Assembly (NCBI GenBank): GCA_963804645.1
Contig: CAWDRG010000004.1
Span: 132,940 to 196,939, forward strand
DNA length: 64,000 nt
Reading direction: 5' to 3'
From: an uncultured Bacillota bacterium
GTDB taxonomy: Bacteria; Sysuimicrobiota; Sysuimicrobiia; Sysuimicrobiales; Segetimicrobiaceae
In this document: piece by piece, positions 9,609-19,953 of the stretch
Position numbering within the stretch: the stretch's first letter is position 1
How the letters are laid out: each line of letters opens with the position of its first letter
The notes under the pieces: model-generated
The model's input: only the letters and a program-made list of their open reading frames with translations
Told to the model about the DNA's origin: nothing
Database searches by the model: none
Position numbers and translations under genes: made by a program

Positions 9609-9689
9609 TACGAACATGGGAACGCTGCCGTCCAACGGTGAAATCCGAGATCCCCCGGCATAGGCGCCGCCTCTGCGAGGTCGATCGCA

Positions 9690-9790
9690 GTCGGCATGGT
9701 CGTGACCGACGAACCCGGATCTGCGTCCCAGGCCGGTTCGGCATGCGCGTCGAAGATCTCCTAGTTCTTGCGCAGGGTCCGTGCACGCAT
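9690..9790 (+). pseudogene. Xaa-Pro (M24) peptidase C-terminal remnant
   Basis: VTDEP/GICVPGRFGMRVEDLLV resembles the EPGIY..G.FGVRIED motif; frameshifted. Confidence 0.55.
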
Positions 9791-9935
9791 TCTGCGCCCG
9801 GGCTTAGCTCTGACACTGAGTCCGATGTCAGACGCCGTTCCGTCACGGCTCCGCCGTACGTTCGACAAGCTCCATCACGCCATTGACGAGTGGTGCGCCC
9901 AGGTGGGTAATATCGCCTAAGAAGCTTCATTCATT

Positions 9936-9950
9936 TGGCAACGAAATTGC
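9936..9950 (+). promoter_or_regulatory. candidate sigma-54 -24/-12 promoter (or GGCAA-N5-TTGCC operator)
   Basis: TGGCAACGAAATTGC has exact GG-N10-GC spacing, about 100 bp upstream of the hydantoinase operon. Confidence 0.4.
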
Positions 9951-10052
9951 CGGACAAGCTGTCTAGGGGGCACGGACGGCGGCGCACGCCGGATCTCAGC
10001 GGCCGGCCACGACCGCGTCGACGTCGCGTCGCGAGGGGAGGGATCGGTCATC

Positions 10053-12116
10053 GTGTCGTTTGAACGAGACGGGTGCCGGATCGCGGTCGACGTGGGAGGT
10101 ACGTTCACCGATCTCGTCCTGGCACGCGATCGGACCGGAGAAATCCACATCGCGAAGGTGCGGACCACGCCCGCGGATCCCGCCGAGGGGCTGATCCTCG
10201 GCGTGCGGCGCCTGCTCGCGGAGGCGCACGCGGATCCCCGCGACGTCACGCACCTGCTGTTCGCCAGCACCGTCGCGACCAACGCGGTGCTGCAGTTGAG
10301 CGGTGCCCGGATCGGCCTGCTCGTGACGAAGGGGTTCCGGCACATCCTTGAGATCGGCCGCGCGAACATCCCGGGGCGTCTCACGAACGAACTGACCTAC
10401 CGACGCCCGGAGCGGCTGGTCCCGTTGGAGCGCATCCAAGAGGTCGATGAGCGCTGCCTCGCGGACGGGAGTGTCCTCCGGCCGCTGGACGAACGCGCGG
10501 CACGCGATGCCATCCGCGCGCTCGTGGTTGCGGACGTGGAGTGCATCGCCGTCTCGCTCCTCCACTCGTACGTCAATCCCGTCCACGAGCGACGGATCCG
10601 CGACCTCGCAGCAGAGCTCGCGCCGCACACGCCGGTAACGCTCTCGTCCGACGTCCTCCCAGAGTACCGTGAGTACGAGCGTACGATGACGACGGTGCTG
10701 AACGCGTATGTGATGCCAGTGATGGCACGTGCCGTGCGCGGCATCGAGTGGCGGCTCCGAGAGGACGGGCTCGCGCCCGCGCTTGCAGTCGTGCGCTCCG
10801 ACGGTGGGCTCATGAGCGCGGACGCCGTCGTGCGCCAGCCCGTCAATACCGTGCTGTCGGGCCCCGCCGCCGGCGTCGGTGGCGCCGCGTTCGTCGCGCG
10901 GCTCGCGGGATACCCGAACGCGATCTCGCTCGACATGGGCGGCACGTCGACGGACGTGTCGCTCGCGGCCGGCGGGACGGCGCGCCTCCGCGCCGAGGCG
11001 TCGGTCGGGGAGTACCCGGTCAAGGTGCCGATCACGGACGTCGTGACGATCGGCGCTGGCGGCGGGTCGATCGCCCACGTGTCGTCGACGGGCGCGCTGC
11101 ACGTGGGACCGCGCAGCGCGGGGGCGGAACCCGGTCCGGTCTGCTACGACCGGGGCGGCACCGAGGTGACGGTAACGGACGCGAACTTGGTGCTTGGGCG
11201 CCTCCCCGTGTCGCTCGTCGACGGGACAGTGGCGCTGAACATCGATCGCGCCCACGCCGCGCTCGCCGCGCTCGCCCGACGCATCGGGATGGATCCCGTG
11301 GCCTGCGCTGCGGGGATCCTCCGCATCGCGAACGAGAAGATGCTCGGGGCGCTCCGGGTCGTCTCGGTGCAGCGCGGCTACGATCCCCGCGATTTCGTCC
11401 TGCTCCCGTTCGGCGGGGCGGGCCCGATGCACTCCGGCGATCTCTGCCGCCTACTCGGGATCCGCACGGCGGTGATCCCCGCGTCGCCCGGGGTGCTGTC
11501 CGCGATGGGGGCCATGGTCTCGGACATCGCGTGCGTGTTCGGCCGGACGCGCATCGAGGCGGCGGCGCAGCTCACCTTCGATGAGGTCAACGATGTGCTG
11601 GCCGCGCTTGCGACCGAGGCCCGGACGTGGCTCGACGCCGAGCGGGTGCCGCCTAGGGATCAGGCGCTCCTCTCGACCGCGGACCTGCGGTATATCGGGC
11701 AGGCGAGCGAAGTCGCCGTGTCCGTGACGACGCCGCTGACGCCCGAGGCGTTGGCGACCGCGCTGGAGGCATTTCACGCCGAGCACCGGCGCCTCTACGG
11801 GTTCGACTGGCGCGCTCAGGTGCCGGTCGAGATGGTCGCACTCAAGGTCACCGGCCGCGGGCGTGTGGCGCCGCCGCGCCCCGCGGTGCCGGACCGGGAG
11901 GCCGGGGAAGCCGAGGCGGCGCGGACCGGGACCCAGTCCGTGTACTTCGATGGCGGCTTCGTGGAGACGCCGTGGTACCAGCGACGCCGGCTTGCGCCGG
12001 GCGCGTCCGTCGCGGGACCGGCGGTCGTCGAGCAACTAGACGCGACCACGGTGATCCTGCCCGGGCAGGTCGCGCGCGTCGACCGGCACCTCAATCTCAT
12101 CGTGGAGGAGCGCTAG
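10053..12116 (+). CDS. hydantoinase/5-oxoprolinase subunit A
   Basis: DVGGTFTD, EYREYER, SGPAAG, DMGGTSTD, GAGGGS and GGAGPMH motifs. Confidence 0.95.
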   Translation: MSFERDGCRIAVDVGGTFTDLVLARDRTGEIHIAKVRTTPADPAEGLILGVRRLLAEAHADPRDVTHLLFASTVATNAVLQLSGARIGLLVTKGFRHILEIGRANIPGRLTNELTYRRPERLVPLERIQEVDERCLADGSVLRPLDERAARDAIRALVVADVECIAVSLLHSYVNPVHERRIRDLAAELAPHTPVTLSSDVLPEYREYERTMTTVLNAYVMPVMARAVRGIEWRLREDGLAPALAVVRSDGGLMSADAVVRQPVNTVLSGPAAGVGGAAFVARLAGYPNAISLDMGGTSTDVSLAAGGTARLRAEASVGEYPVKVPITDVVTIGAGGGSIAHVSSTGALHVGPRSAGAEPGPVCYDRGGTEVTVTDANLVLGRLPVSLVDGTVALNIDRAHAALAALARRIGMDPVACAAGILRIANEKMLGALRVVSVQRGYDPRDFVLLPFGGAGPMHSGDLCRLLGIRTAVIPASPGVLSAMGAMVSDIACVFGRTRIEAAAQLTFDEVNDVLAALATEARTWLDAERVPPRDQALLSTADLRYIGQASEVAVSVTTPLTPEALATALEAFHAEHRRLYGFDWRAQVPVEMVALKVTGRGRVAPPRPAVPDREAGEAEAARTGTQSVYFDGGFVETPWYQRRRLAPGASVAGPAVVEQLDATTVILPGQVARVDRHLNLIVEER

Positions 12117-12120
12117 GGCG

Positions 12121-13947
12121 ATGGTGGACCCGATAACCCTGGAGGTCGTGGACAACGCCCTCTATTCCATGGAAAAGGAGATGGAGGCGACGATCGTCCG
12201 GACGGCGATGTCGATCGTCATCCGGGATATCTACGATTTCGGCGTCGCCACCTTCGATGCGTCGGGGCGCCTGGTCCACGGGTTGCCGATGTCGGGTACG
12301 CTCATCCGGGAGGTGTTCCCGCTCGAGCGGATCTTCGAGGGCGACGTCTTCCTGTTCAACGACCCCTACTTGTCGCGGGGCGAGATGACCCACCTCGGGG
12401 ACACGCAGCTGTCCCGGCCGGTCTTCGCGCAGGGGAAGCTCATCGCGTTCGCCGCGGTCTGGGGGCATCAGATGGACATCGGCGGCATCTCCGTGTCCGG
12501 CCTTCCGGCGACCTCACGCGAGATCTTTCACGAAGGGCTCCAGATTCCTCCGATCAAGCTCTACGAGCGTAACGTGCTGAACGAGGCGGTGCTGCAGATC
12601 ATGGCCCGCAACTCGCGAACGCCTGAGATGATGATCGGGGATACGCTCGCGCTGGCGGCGGCGTGCACGATCACCGAGAAGCGCCTGTACGAGCTGATCG
12701 CGAAGTTCGGCGTGGACGTGATTCTGGAGTGCTTCAGCGTGTACGCCGATCGCGCGCGGGGGGCGATGCGCCGGCTGATCGCGGGCATGCCCGCGGGGCG
12801 CGTGGAGTTTGAGGACTATCTGGACGACGACGGCGTCCGTGAAGGGCCGGTGCGCCTGCGCGCCGCCCTCGAGAAGCGCGGCGACCGGCTGCACCTCGAT
12901 TACTCAGGCACATCGGGCCAGGTCGAGGGTGCGATCAACCTGATTTTGAATCCCAACCGCATCAAGCTTGAGATGTGGCGGTATCTGATCAACTGGGTGG
13001 GGCCGACGATCGGGATGGACGCCGAGGAGAGCCCGAACCACGGCATCTTCGACGAAATCGACGTGACGATTCCCCATCCCAGTCTCCTCTCGCCGGCGTA
13101 TCCGGCCGCGGTCGGGGCGCGCCACCTGACCGCCTCGCCCATTTACCGCGACGTGTTCCGGGGCGTGATGAGCCAGCTCTTTCCGGGACGGGTCCCGGCG
13201 TGCAGCAATGGGGTCATCCCAACCTACATGTTTCGCGGCGTGCACCCGGTGACGGGCAAACTGTATGTGTCGATGGAGTGCATCGCCGGCGGCGGGGGCG
13301 GGCGCCCGGACGCCGACGGGCTGGACGCGCTGTGTCCCAATGCGAACCTGATCATCGCGCCCGCGGAGTTCCTGGAAACCACCTACCCGCTGCTCGTGGA
13401 AGAGACCGCGCTCCGGCGGGACACGGCCGGCCCGGGCCGCTTTCGCGGCGGTGCGGGGATCGTCAGATCGTTTGAGCTGCGCGCCCCTGAAGCCTATCTG
13501 TCATGGCTTGACGAACGTCAAACACATCCGGCGTGGGGGTTGCACGGCGGACGGCCGGGGGTGCCGGGGGACGCGTATCTGGTCCGCGCCGGGCGCACGT
13601 TCCGGCTGCCGACCAAGCACGACAACTTGCGCCTCGAGCTGGGCGATCGGATCGTCGTGCGCACGGGCGGTGGGGGTGGGTTCGGGCCGCCGTGGGAGCG
13701 TGCCGCCGGCCTCGTCGCCAGGGATGTGCTGCGCGGGTTCGTATCGGTCGGACAGGCACGGGCGGAGTACGGCGTTGTGCTCGGTGGACACCTGCCTACC
13801 GTGGACGCGGAGGGGACAGACGCACTCCGGCGCACGATGGCGGCCCGACCCTGGGCAGACGTCGACCGCGGTGTCGTCCGCACTGGGCCACCGCCCGGCC
13901 GTCTCGTGGAGGTTGGCGGCATCCCCGATGTGCCGGCCGTCCCGTGA
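12121..13947 (+). CDS. hydantoinase B/5-oxoprolinase subunit B
   Basis: DPITLEV, NDPY, HLGD, HQMDIGG, EGLQIPP, GPGRFRGG and TGGGGGFG motifs. Confidence 0.95.
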   Translation: MVDPITLEVVDNALYSMEKEMEATIVRTAMSIVIRDIYDFGVATFDASGRLVHGLPMSGTLIREVFPLERIFEGDVFLFNDPYLSRGEMTHLGDTQLSRPVFAQGKLIAFAAVWGHQMDIGGISVSGLPATSREIFHEGLQIPPIKLYERNVLNEAVLQIMARNSRTPEMMIGDTLALAAACTITEKRLYELIAKFGVDVILECFSVYADRARGAMRRLIAGMPAGRVEFEDYLDDDGVREGPVRLRAALEKRGDRLHLDYSGTSGQVEGAINLILNPNRIKLEMWRYLINWVGPTIGMDAEESPNHGIFDEIDVTIPHPSLLSPAYPAAVGARHLTASPIYRDVFRGVMSQLFPGRVPACSNGVIPTYMFRGVHPVTGKLYVSMECIAGGGGGRPDADGLDALCPNANLIIAPAEFLETTYPLLVEETALRRDTAGPGRFRGGAGIVRSFELRAPEAYLSWLDERQTHPAWGLHGGRPGVPGDAYLVRAGRTFRLPTKHDNLRLELGDRIVVRTGGGGGFGPPWERAAGLVARDVLRGFVSVGQARAEYGVVLGGHLPTVDAEGTDALRRTMAARPWADVDRGVVRTGPPPGRLVEVGGIPDVPAVP

Positions 13948-14093
13948 CGGTGCTCCCCGGGACCGTCGTGGTCCGGACGGGCGAGGCTCGGATCCGTCCC
14001 GCCTAGGAGTTGCCTTCAAGCCCGTGGAATAAGCGGCCCCCAAGGGGTCGTCCGTCCGGTCGGCCACGGTTATCGCGCAGGGGAGGACATCCA

Positions 14094-15704
14094 ATGCGAT
14101 TTGTTCGGGCCGGGCTCGTGTGTGGAGTGGTGCTTACGTTTGCGCTGATCAGTTTGCTCCCGCTCTCGTCTCTCGGCGCCGCCAGCGACGCGAACCAGAC
14201 GCTCGTGGTGGCGGTTTCCCGCGACATGCAGAACCTCGACCCGACGAACGCTTCCTCGGATCCCTTTACGCTCGAGACCCTGACCAACATCTACGCGTGG
14301 CTGATCGACTTCAAACTCGTCAAGCAGGCGGATGGCGAGACGATCGGCTCCCCGAACGAGTTCGTCGGCGGGCTCGCGCAATCGTTCCAGTTCACAGATG
14401 GCGGCCGGAAGTTGATGGTGACGCTCCGTTCGAATCTCAAGTTCAGCGACGGCGACCCGCTGGACGCGAACGCCGTGAAGTTCACGTACGACCGGCTGTT
14501 CGATCAGAACGCGACGACCGCGGCGCTCTCCCGCATGGCGAAGATCATGAACAAGGACTCGGTCAAGGTGATCGACGCCCGGACGGTGGAATTCGACATC
14601 AGCGACCCGAACACGCTCGTGCTCGGCAACATGGCCCAGTACGGCCATTCGATCCTGAATCCGAACGTCGTTCGGCCCCACATGACCGCGGCCGACCCCT
14701 ACGCGCATCAGTGGCTGCAGTCCAACACCAAGGGGACCGAGTCGGGTCCCTACGTGCTCGCGTCGTGGCAGCCGGGCGTCGAGTTCGTGTTCGCGCGGAA
14801 CCCCTACTACTGGGGTCCGCCGGCGAGGATCGCGCGCGTCGTGTTCCGCATCGTGCCGGATCCGTCGACCCGCCTTACCCTGCTCAAGAGTGGCGATGTC
14901 GATATCGCCCGGGATTTGGCGCCGCTTGACGAGGTAGAGCTTCTGCACGACGCCTCGGTCACGGTGCACCGATTCCCGACGCGCATCACCTCGTATCTCG
15001 GGATGAATGCCAAGACCGCGCCCTTCGACAATCCCAAGGTGCGCCAGGCGATCTCGTGGGCAGTGCCGTACAACACGATCATTCACAACGTCATGGTGGG
15101 GTTTGCACGGCAGCTGACGAGCCCGGTGCCCGCAGGGATGCCGACCCACACCGATCAGTACTTCCACTACCGGACCGATCCCGCGAAGGCCAAGCAGCTG
15201 CTGGCGGAGGCCGGATACCCGAACGGGCTCGGCGTCACGTTTACCTCGCGGGCCGACCTCGCGGAATCCCAAGGCATCGCGGTGTGGCTGAAGAGCGCCT
15301 TGGCGACGGCCGGGATCACCGTGACGATCGATGAGATGCAGGGTGCCGCGTTCACGGCCGCCCTGCAGCGGCATGATCTGGCGTTCTTCCACCAGCCCGG
15401 GTGGAACTCGATCAACAACGACCCGTTTTACCACCTGTACTGGTTGTTGCAGAGCGACTGCTGCGACTACACGAACTACCACAACGCGACCGTGGACGAG
15501 CTGATCACCAAGAACATCATCTCGACCGATCTGAAGGCGCGCGACGCGGCGTCCCACCAGATTCAGCAGATCGCGATCGATGACGCCGCGTGGATCTTCC
15601 TCTACCAGCCGGACTTGGTGCTGGCCACCGGCAAGAACATCGGTGGCGTGATCCTGTACCCGGCCGACTACCGGTTCCGGTACTACTATATGACCAAGGA
15701 GTGA
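14094..15704 (+). CDS. peptide ABC transporter substrate-binding protein (family 5)
   Basis: Signal peptide; NLDP, KFSDGDPLDA, SGPY and PFDNPKVRQA motifs; GGAGG RBS. Confidence 0.92.
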   Translation: MRFVRAGLVCGVVLTFALISLLPLSSLGAASDANQTLVVAVSRDMQNLDPTNASSDPFTLETLTNIYAWLIDFKLVKQADGETIGSPNEFVGGLAQSFQFTDGGRKLMVTLRSNLKFSDGDPLDANAVKFTYDRLFDQNATTAALSRMAKIMNKDSVKVIDARTVEFDISDPNTLVLGNMAQYGHSILNPNVVRPHMTAADPYAHQWLQSNTKGTESGPYVLASWQPGVEFVFARNPYYWGPPARIARVVFRIVPDPSTRLTLLKSGDVDIARDLAPLDEVELLHDASVTVHRFPTRITSYLGMNAKTAPFDNPKVRQAISWAVPYNTIIHNVMVGFARQLTSPVPAGMPTHTDQYFHYRTDPAKAKQLLAEAGYPNGLGVTFTSRADLAESQGIAVWLKSALATAGITVTIDEMQGAAFTAALQRHDLAFFHQPGWNSINNDPFYHLYWLLQSDCCDYTNYHNATVDELITKNIISTDLKARDAASHQIQQIAIDDAAWIFLYQPDLVLATGKNIGGVILYPADYRFRYYYMTKE

Positions 15705-15746
15705 CGGCGCCTCACGCGTCCGCTCCGGCTCGTCGTTCGACGCCTC

Positions 15747-16727
15747 ATGCTCGCGGTCCCCGTGCTCCTCGGGGTCACGCTGATCACGTTTGTCCTGACG
15801 CGTGTCCTCCCGGGTAGCCCGATCGACGCGATCGCCGGGCCGATGGCGACGCCGGCGCAGCGGCAGGCGCTGCTGGTGCAGTACGGCCTGAACCGCCCGC
15901 TGTGGGTTCAGTACGTCGCCTATCTCGGCGGCCTCGCGCACGGCGACCTCGGTAGTTCGTTCGTCACGAGCCATCCGGTCGCGTCCGACCTTGCCGCGTT
16001 CTTCCCGGCCACGATGGAGTTGACGACGTGGGCGATCATCGTGGCCGTCCTCGTCGGCGTGCCCCTCGGCGTGTGGGGAGCCGTGCGCCAGGGGTCATGG
16101 ATCGATCACCTCACGCGCGTGCTCTCCGTCGCCGGCGTCGGACTCCCCGTGTTCTGGGTGAGCCTGGTGTTGATCTACCTGTGTTTTTATCGCTGGCACC
16201 TGGTGCCGCCCCCGATGGGGCGCCTCAGCCCCGAAATCACTCCCCCGCCGTCCGTCACCGGCTTCCTCGTGATCGACACGGCGCTCGCGGGTGACTGGCG
16301 CGCGTTCAGCGACGCGGTCCGGCAGCTGATCCTGCCGGTGGCCGTGCTGGCGTTCGCCGCCGTCGCGCCGCTCGCCCGGATGACGCGGACCAGCATGCTC
16401 GACGTGCTCGGGAGCGCGCACACGCGCGCCACGCGCGCGCTCGGGCTCCCGCCGCGCAGCGTCGTCTGGACGTACGCGTTCCGCAACGCGATCCTGCCCG
16501 TGCTCACGATGCTCGCGATCGTCTACGGCTTCCTGCTGGGGGGCTCCGTGCTCGTCGAGACGCTGTTCGCGTGGCCGGGGATGGGCCGGTACGCGTTCAA
16601 CGCGATCAGCGGCAACGACTACCCGGCCGTGCAGGGCTTCATCTTATACGCCACGGGCGTGTACCTCGCGATCTTTGTCGCGGTCGACGTCGTTTCGGCG
16701 CTGCTGGATCCCCGGATCGAGACATGA
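15747..16727 (+). CDS. peptide ABC transporter permease (DppB-like); true start may be upstream at 15714
   Basis: GDLGSS, RALGL and ETLFAWPGMG motifs. Confidence 0.9.
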   Translation: MLAVPVLLGVTLITFVLTRVLPGSPIDAIAGPMATPAQRQALLVQYGLNRPLWVQYVAYLGGLAHGDLGSSFVTSHPVASDLAAFFPATMELTTWAIIVAVLVGVPLGVWGAVRQGSWIDHLTRVLSVAGVGLPVFWVSLVLIYLCFYRWHLVPPPMGRLSPEITPPPSVTGFLVIDTALAGDWRAFSDAVRQLILPVAVLAFAAVAPLARMTRTSMLDVLGSAHTRATRALGLPPRSVVWTYAFRNAILPVLTMLAIVYGFLLGGSVLVETLFAWPGMGRYAFNAISGNDYPAVQGFILYATGVYLAIFVAVDVVSALLDPRIET

Positions 16728-17590
16728 GCGCGTCCAGCGAGGCGCGGGCGCACCCCCCACTCGGCGACGCCGTCTACCTGCTGCGCCGGAACCCGATCAC
16801 GCTCGCCGGGATCGCGCTCATCGCGCTGATCGCACTCGCGGGCGTCGCGGCGCCGCTCATCGCGCCGGCGTCGCCGCTCGCCACGGATCCCTCGGCCGCG
16901 TTCCAGCCACCCAGCGTGCGCCACCTGATGGGGACCGACGAGTTTGGAGAGGACATCTGGTCGCGCGTGCTGTGGGGGGCCCGGGTCGATCTCACCATCG
17001 CGTTCGGCGCGGTGGCGATCGCGCTCGTCCTGGGTTGTGCGCTCGGGGCCGCTGCGGGGTTCTCGGGCCGCTGGACCGACGAGCTCGTCATGCGCGGGAT
17101 GGACGTGCTGCAGGCGTTTCCCTCGTTCATCCTCGCGATGGGGATCGCCGCCGCGCTCGGGCCGAGCCTCCGCAACCTGATCATCTCCGTGGCGCTGATC
17201 AACGTCGCGGTGTACGCGCGGTTGATGCGCACGCGCCTCCTCGTCGTCAAGCAGGCGCTGTACGCGACGGCGGCCCGGGGCGCCGGCAACCCCCCGTGGC
17301 GGGTGCTCGTGGTGCACCTGATCCCGAACTGTCTCACCCCGATCTTCGTGCAGTCGAGCTTGCAGTCCGGCTACGCGATTCTGACCGCGGCCGGGCTGTC
17401 CTTCATCGGGTTGGGCGTGCGGGTGCCCACGCCCGAGTGGGGCGTCATGGTGGCGATGGGCGTCGCCCGCATCACCATCGGCGCGTGGTGGGTGTCGTTC
17501 TTCCCGGGGATGTGCATCGGGCTCGCGGTGATGGCGTTCAACCTGATCGGCGACGGTCTCTCCGACCTGCTCGATCCCCAGCGGCGGTGA
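16724..17590 (+). CDS. peptide ABC transporter permease (DppC-like)
   Basis: HLMGTDEFGED, HLIPN, LSFIGLG and PEWG motifs; ATGA overlap with the upstream gene. Confidence 0.92.
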   Translation: MSASSEARAHPPLGDAVYLLRRNPITLAGIALIALIALAGVAAPLIAPASPLATDPSAAFQPPSVRHLMGTDEFGEDIWSRVLWGARVDLTIAFGAVAIALVLGCALGAAAGFSGRWTDELVMRGMDVLQAFPSFILAMGIAAALGPSLRNLIISVALINVAVYARLMRTRLLVVKQALYATAARGAGNPPWRVLVVHLIPNCLTPIFVQSSLQSGYAILTAAGLSFIGLGVRVPTPEWGVMVAMGVARITIGAWWVSFFPGMCIGLAVMAFNLIGDGLSDLLDPQRR

Positions 17591-17593
17591 TCC

Positions 17594-18556
17594 GTGCTGA
17601 CGGTCGACGCTCTGCGGGTGACGTTGCGGACGCGGCAGGGCGCTGTGCCGGCGCTGCACGGGGTCACCATGACCCTTGCGGAGGGTGCGGTGACGGGGCT
17701 GGTCGGGGAAAGCGGATGCGGGAAGACGCTTACCGCGCTCGCGATCATGCGCCTGCTGCCCGCGCCCGGGGAGATCTCCGGCGGGCACGTGTGGCTCGAC
17801 GGCCGCGATCTGCTGACCCTTCCCGATCGGGCGATGGATCGCGTGCGCGGCGCCGAGATCGCGATGATCTTCCAGCAGCCGCGCGCCTCGCTCAATCCGG
17901 TGTTCCCGATCGCGTTCCAGCTCATCCACGTGCTGCGTCTGCACCGCGGGCTCTCGGCGCGCGCCGCGCGGGCCGAGGGCGAAGCGCTGCTGGCCCGTGT
18001 CGGCCTGCCCCGGCCCGACGCCGTGATGCGCGCGTATCCGCACCACCTGTCCGGGGGCATGTGCCAGCGGGTGATGATCGCGCTGGCGCTTGCGTGCCGA
18101 TCACGGGTGCTCGTGGCGGACGAGCCCACGACCGCGCTCGATGTCACGGTCCAGTTGCAGATCGTCGATCTGTTGCGCGGGTTGCAGCGTGAGCTCGGGC
18201 TCACCATCCTGCTGATCACGCACGACCTCGGGCTCGTCGCGGAGATGTGCGACCATGTCAACGTGATGTACGCCGGGCGCATCGTCGAATCCGCACCCGT
18301 ATCCCGGCTGTTTCGGCGGCCGGCGCATCCGTATACGCGGGGACTGATGGCGTCTCGGGTGCGCACCGGCAGCCGCGCGCTGCCGGTCGGCATTCCGGGA
18401 CGGGTGCCGGAGCTCGCCCAGATGCCGACGGGGTGCCCGTTCCATCCCCGCTGTCCCTTGGTCGGCCCGGAGTGCGTGGAGCGGGACGCCGTCCCGGAAC
18501 TGGTCGAGGACGGGCATGTCGTTCGGTGTCACCGCTGGCGGAGCGGAGCGGCGTAG
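17594..18556 (+). CDS. peptide ABC transporter ATP-binding protein (DppD-like)
   Basis: GESGCGKT, LSGGMCQR, DEPTTALD, HPYT and GCPFHPRC motifs. Confidence 0.95.
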   Translation: MLTVDALRVTLRTRQGAVPALHGVTMTLAEGAVTGLVGESGCGKTLTALAIMRLLPAPGEISGGHVWLDGRDLLTLPDRAMDRVRGAEIAMIFQQPRASLNPVFPIAFQLIHVLRLHRGLSARAARAEGEALLARVGLPRPDAVMRAYPHHLSGGMCQRVMIALALACRSRVLVADEPTTALDVTVQLQIVDLLRGLQRELGLTILLITHDLGLVAEMCDHVNVMYAGRIVESAPVSRLFRRPAHPYTRGLMASRVRTGSRALPVGIPGRVPELAQMPTGCPFHPRCPLVGPECVERDAVPELVEDGHVVRCHRWRSGAA

Positions 18557-19561
18557 GTGCTGCGGGTTGACGGCCTCGTCAAGCTGTACCCGGCGCGTGC
18601 GGCGGTTGGTCGCAGAGCGTCCGTGCTGCACGCCGTCGATCGTGTCGACCTGGAGATCGCGCCCGGGGAGACGCTCGGTTTGGTGGGCGAGTCGGGGAGT
18701 GGCAAGTCGACCACCGGGCGTTGCATTCTGCGGCTCGAGGAGCCCACCGCGGGCGAGGTGGTCCTGGACGGAACGTCGGTGACGCACGCCGCCTCCAGGC
18801 CGCTTCGCGCGCTGCGGCGCAGGATGCAGATGGTCTACCAGGACCCGCTCGATTCCCTTAACCCCCGCATGCCCGTGGGCCGTCAAATCGCCGAGCCGAT
18901 CTGGCTGTTCGGCCTCGCGCCGCGGCGGGGCGTCGAGCGCCGGGTCGCCGAGCTGCTCGGCCTCGTCGGCCTGTCGGCGGACGTGGCCCATCGGTATCCA
19001 CACCAACTGTCGGGGGGGCAGCAGCAGCGCGTCGCGATCGCCCGCGCGCTCGCCCCCGAGCCGAACCTGCTGGTGCTCGACGAGCCAACGGCGTCACTGG
19101 ACGTCTCCGTCCAGGCGCAGATCGTCCAGTTGCTGGCCGAGATCCAATCGCGCCGCGGTCTGGCGTATCTGCTGATCTCGCACGACCTGCCGCTTGTCAG
19201 CGTGCTTGCGCACCGCGTCGCCGTGATGTACCTGGGACAGATCGTCGAGGTCGCGACGGTAGAGGAGATCTTCCGGGCGCCCGCGCACCCGTACACGCGC
19301 GCGCTGCTGAGCGCCACCCCGAAGGACACGCCGGAACAGGACAAAGCCCGCATCCTGCTGCGCGGCGAGCCGACCTCGGCGATCGATCCGCCCGACACGT
19401 GCCGCCTCCATCCGCGCTGCCCGTTCGCCGCGGCGTCGTGTCTCGCCCGCCCGGCCGCGCTCGGCACCTACGCGCCGGGCCGGGCGGTCCGCTGCGTCCG
19501 CTTTCTCGACGAGCATCGGGACGGCGCGTGGGCGCCGACGCCGACCGTCCCCCCGGTCTAG
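18557..19561 (+). CDS. peptide ABC transporter ATP-binding protein (DppF-like)
   Basis: GESGSGKS, LSGGQQQR, DEPTASLD and HPYT motifs. Confidence 0.95.
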   Translation: MLRVDGLVKLYPARAAVGRRASVLHAVDRVDLEIAPGETLGLVGESGSGKSTTGRCILRLEEPTAGEVVLDGTSVTHAASRPLRALRRRMQMVYQDPLDSLNPRMPVGRQIAEPIWLFGLAPRRGVERRVAELLGLVGLSADVAHRYPHQLSGGQQQRVAIARALAPEPNLLVLDEPTASLDVSVQAQIVQLLAEIQSRRGLAYLLISHDLPLVSVLAHRVAVMYLGQIVEVATVEEIFRAPAHPYTRALLSATPKDTPEQDKARILLRGEPTSAIDPPDTCRLHPRCPFAAASCLARPAALGTYAPGRAVRCVRFLDEHRDGAWAPTPTVPPV

Positions 19562-19953
19562 CGAGTCCCCGCGCCCAGGCGTTCGGGCCGCGCCCGCCCA
19601 CGCGACCGGCCCCCGGGAGCGGTTCGGCCGCGCGCGTAATCAGATCGTGCACGTACCTGCAAGCGCACACCGCCGGGAGGTGCATCGATGCGCTGTCGTC
19701 CGTCCTCGAGTTTGTGACCGAACAGGCGCCGCTCCTCACGGAGTTGCGTGACCGCCTCTGGGACATGCCGGGTCAGAAGTCCGCAGGTAGTCGCCGCGGG
19801 ATCGTCCACGCCGCCGCGCGCTGCGGCCGATCGGGACCGGACGCGGGAGGGCCTGACGGCTCGGCGGCGAACGAAACCGTGCGACCGGCTTCCCCTCCAG
19901 GCGGGGTCCCGCTGCTCTGCCGGACCGCCACCCCAGCGTACGTAGGGGGCGTC

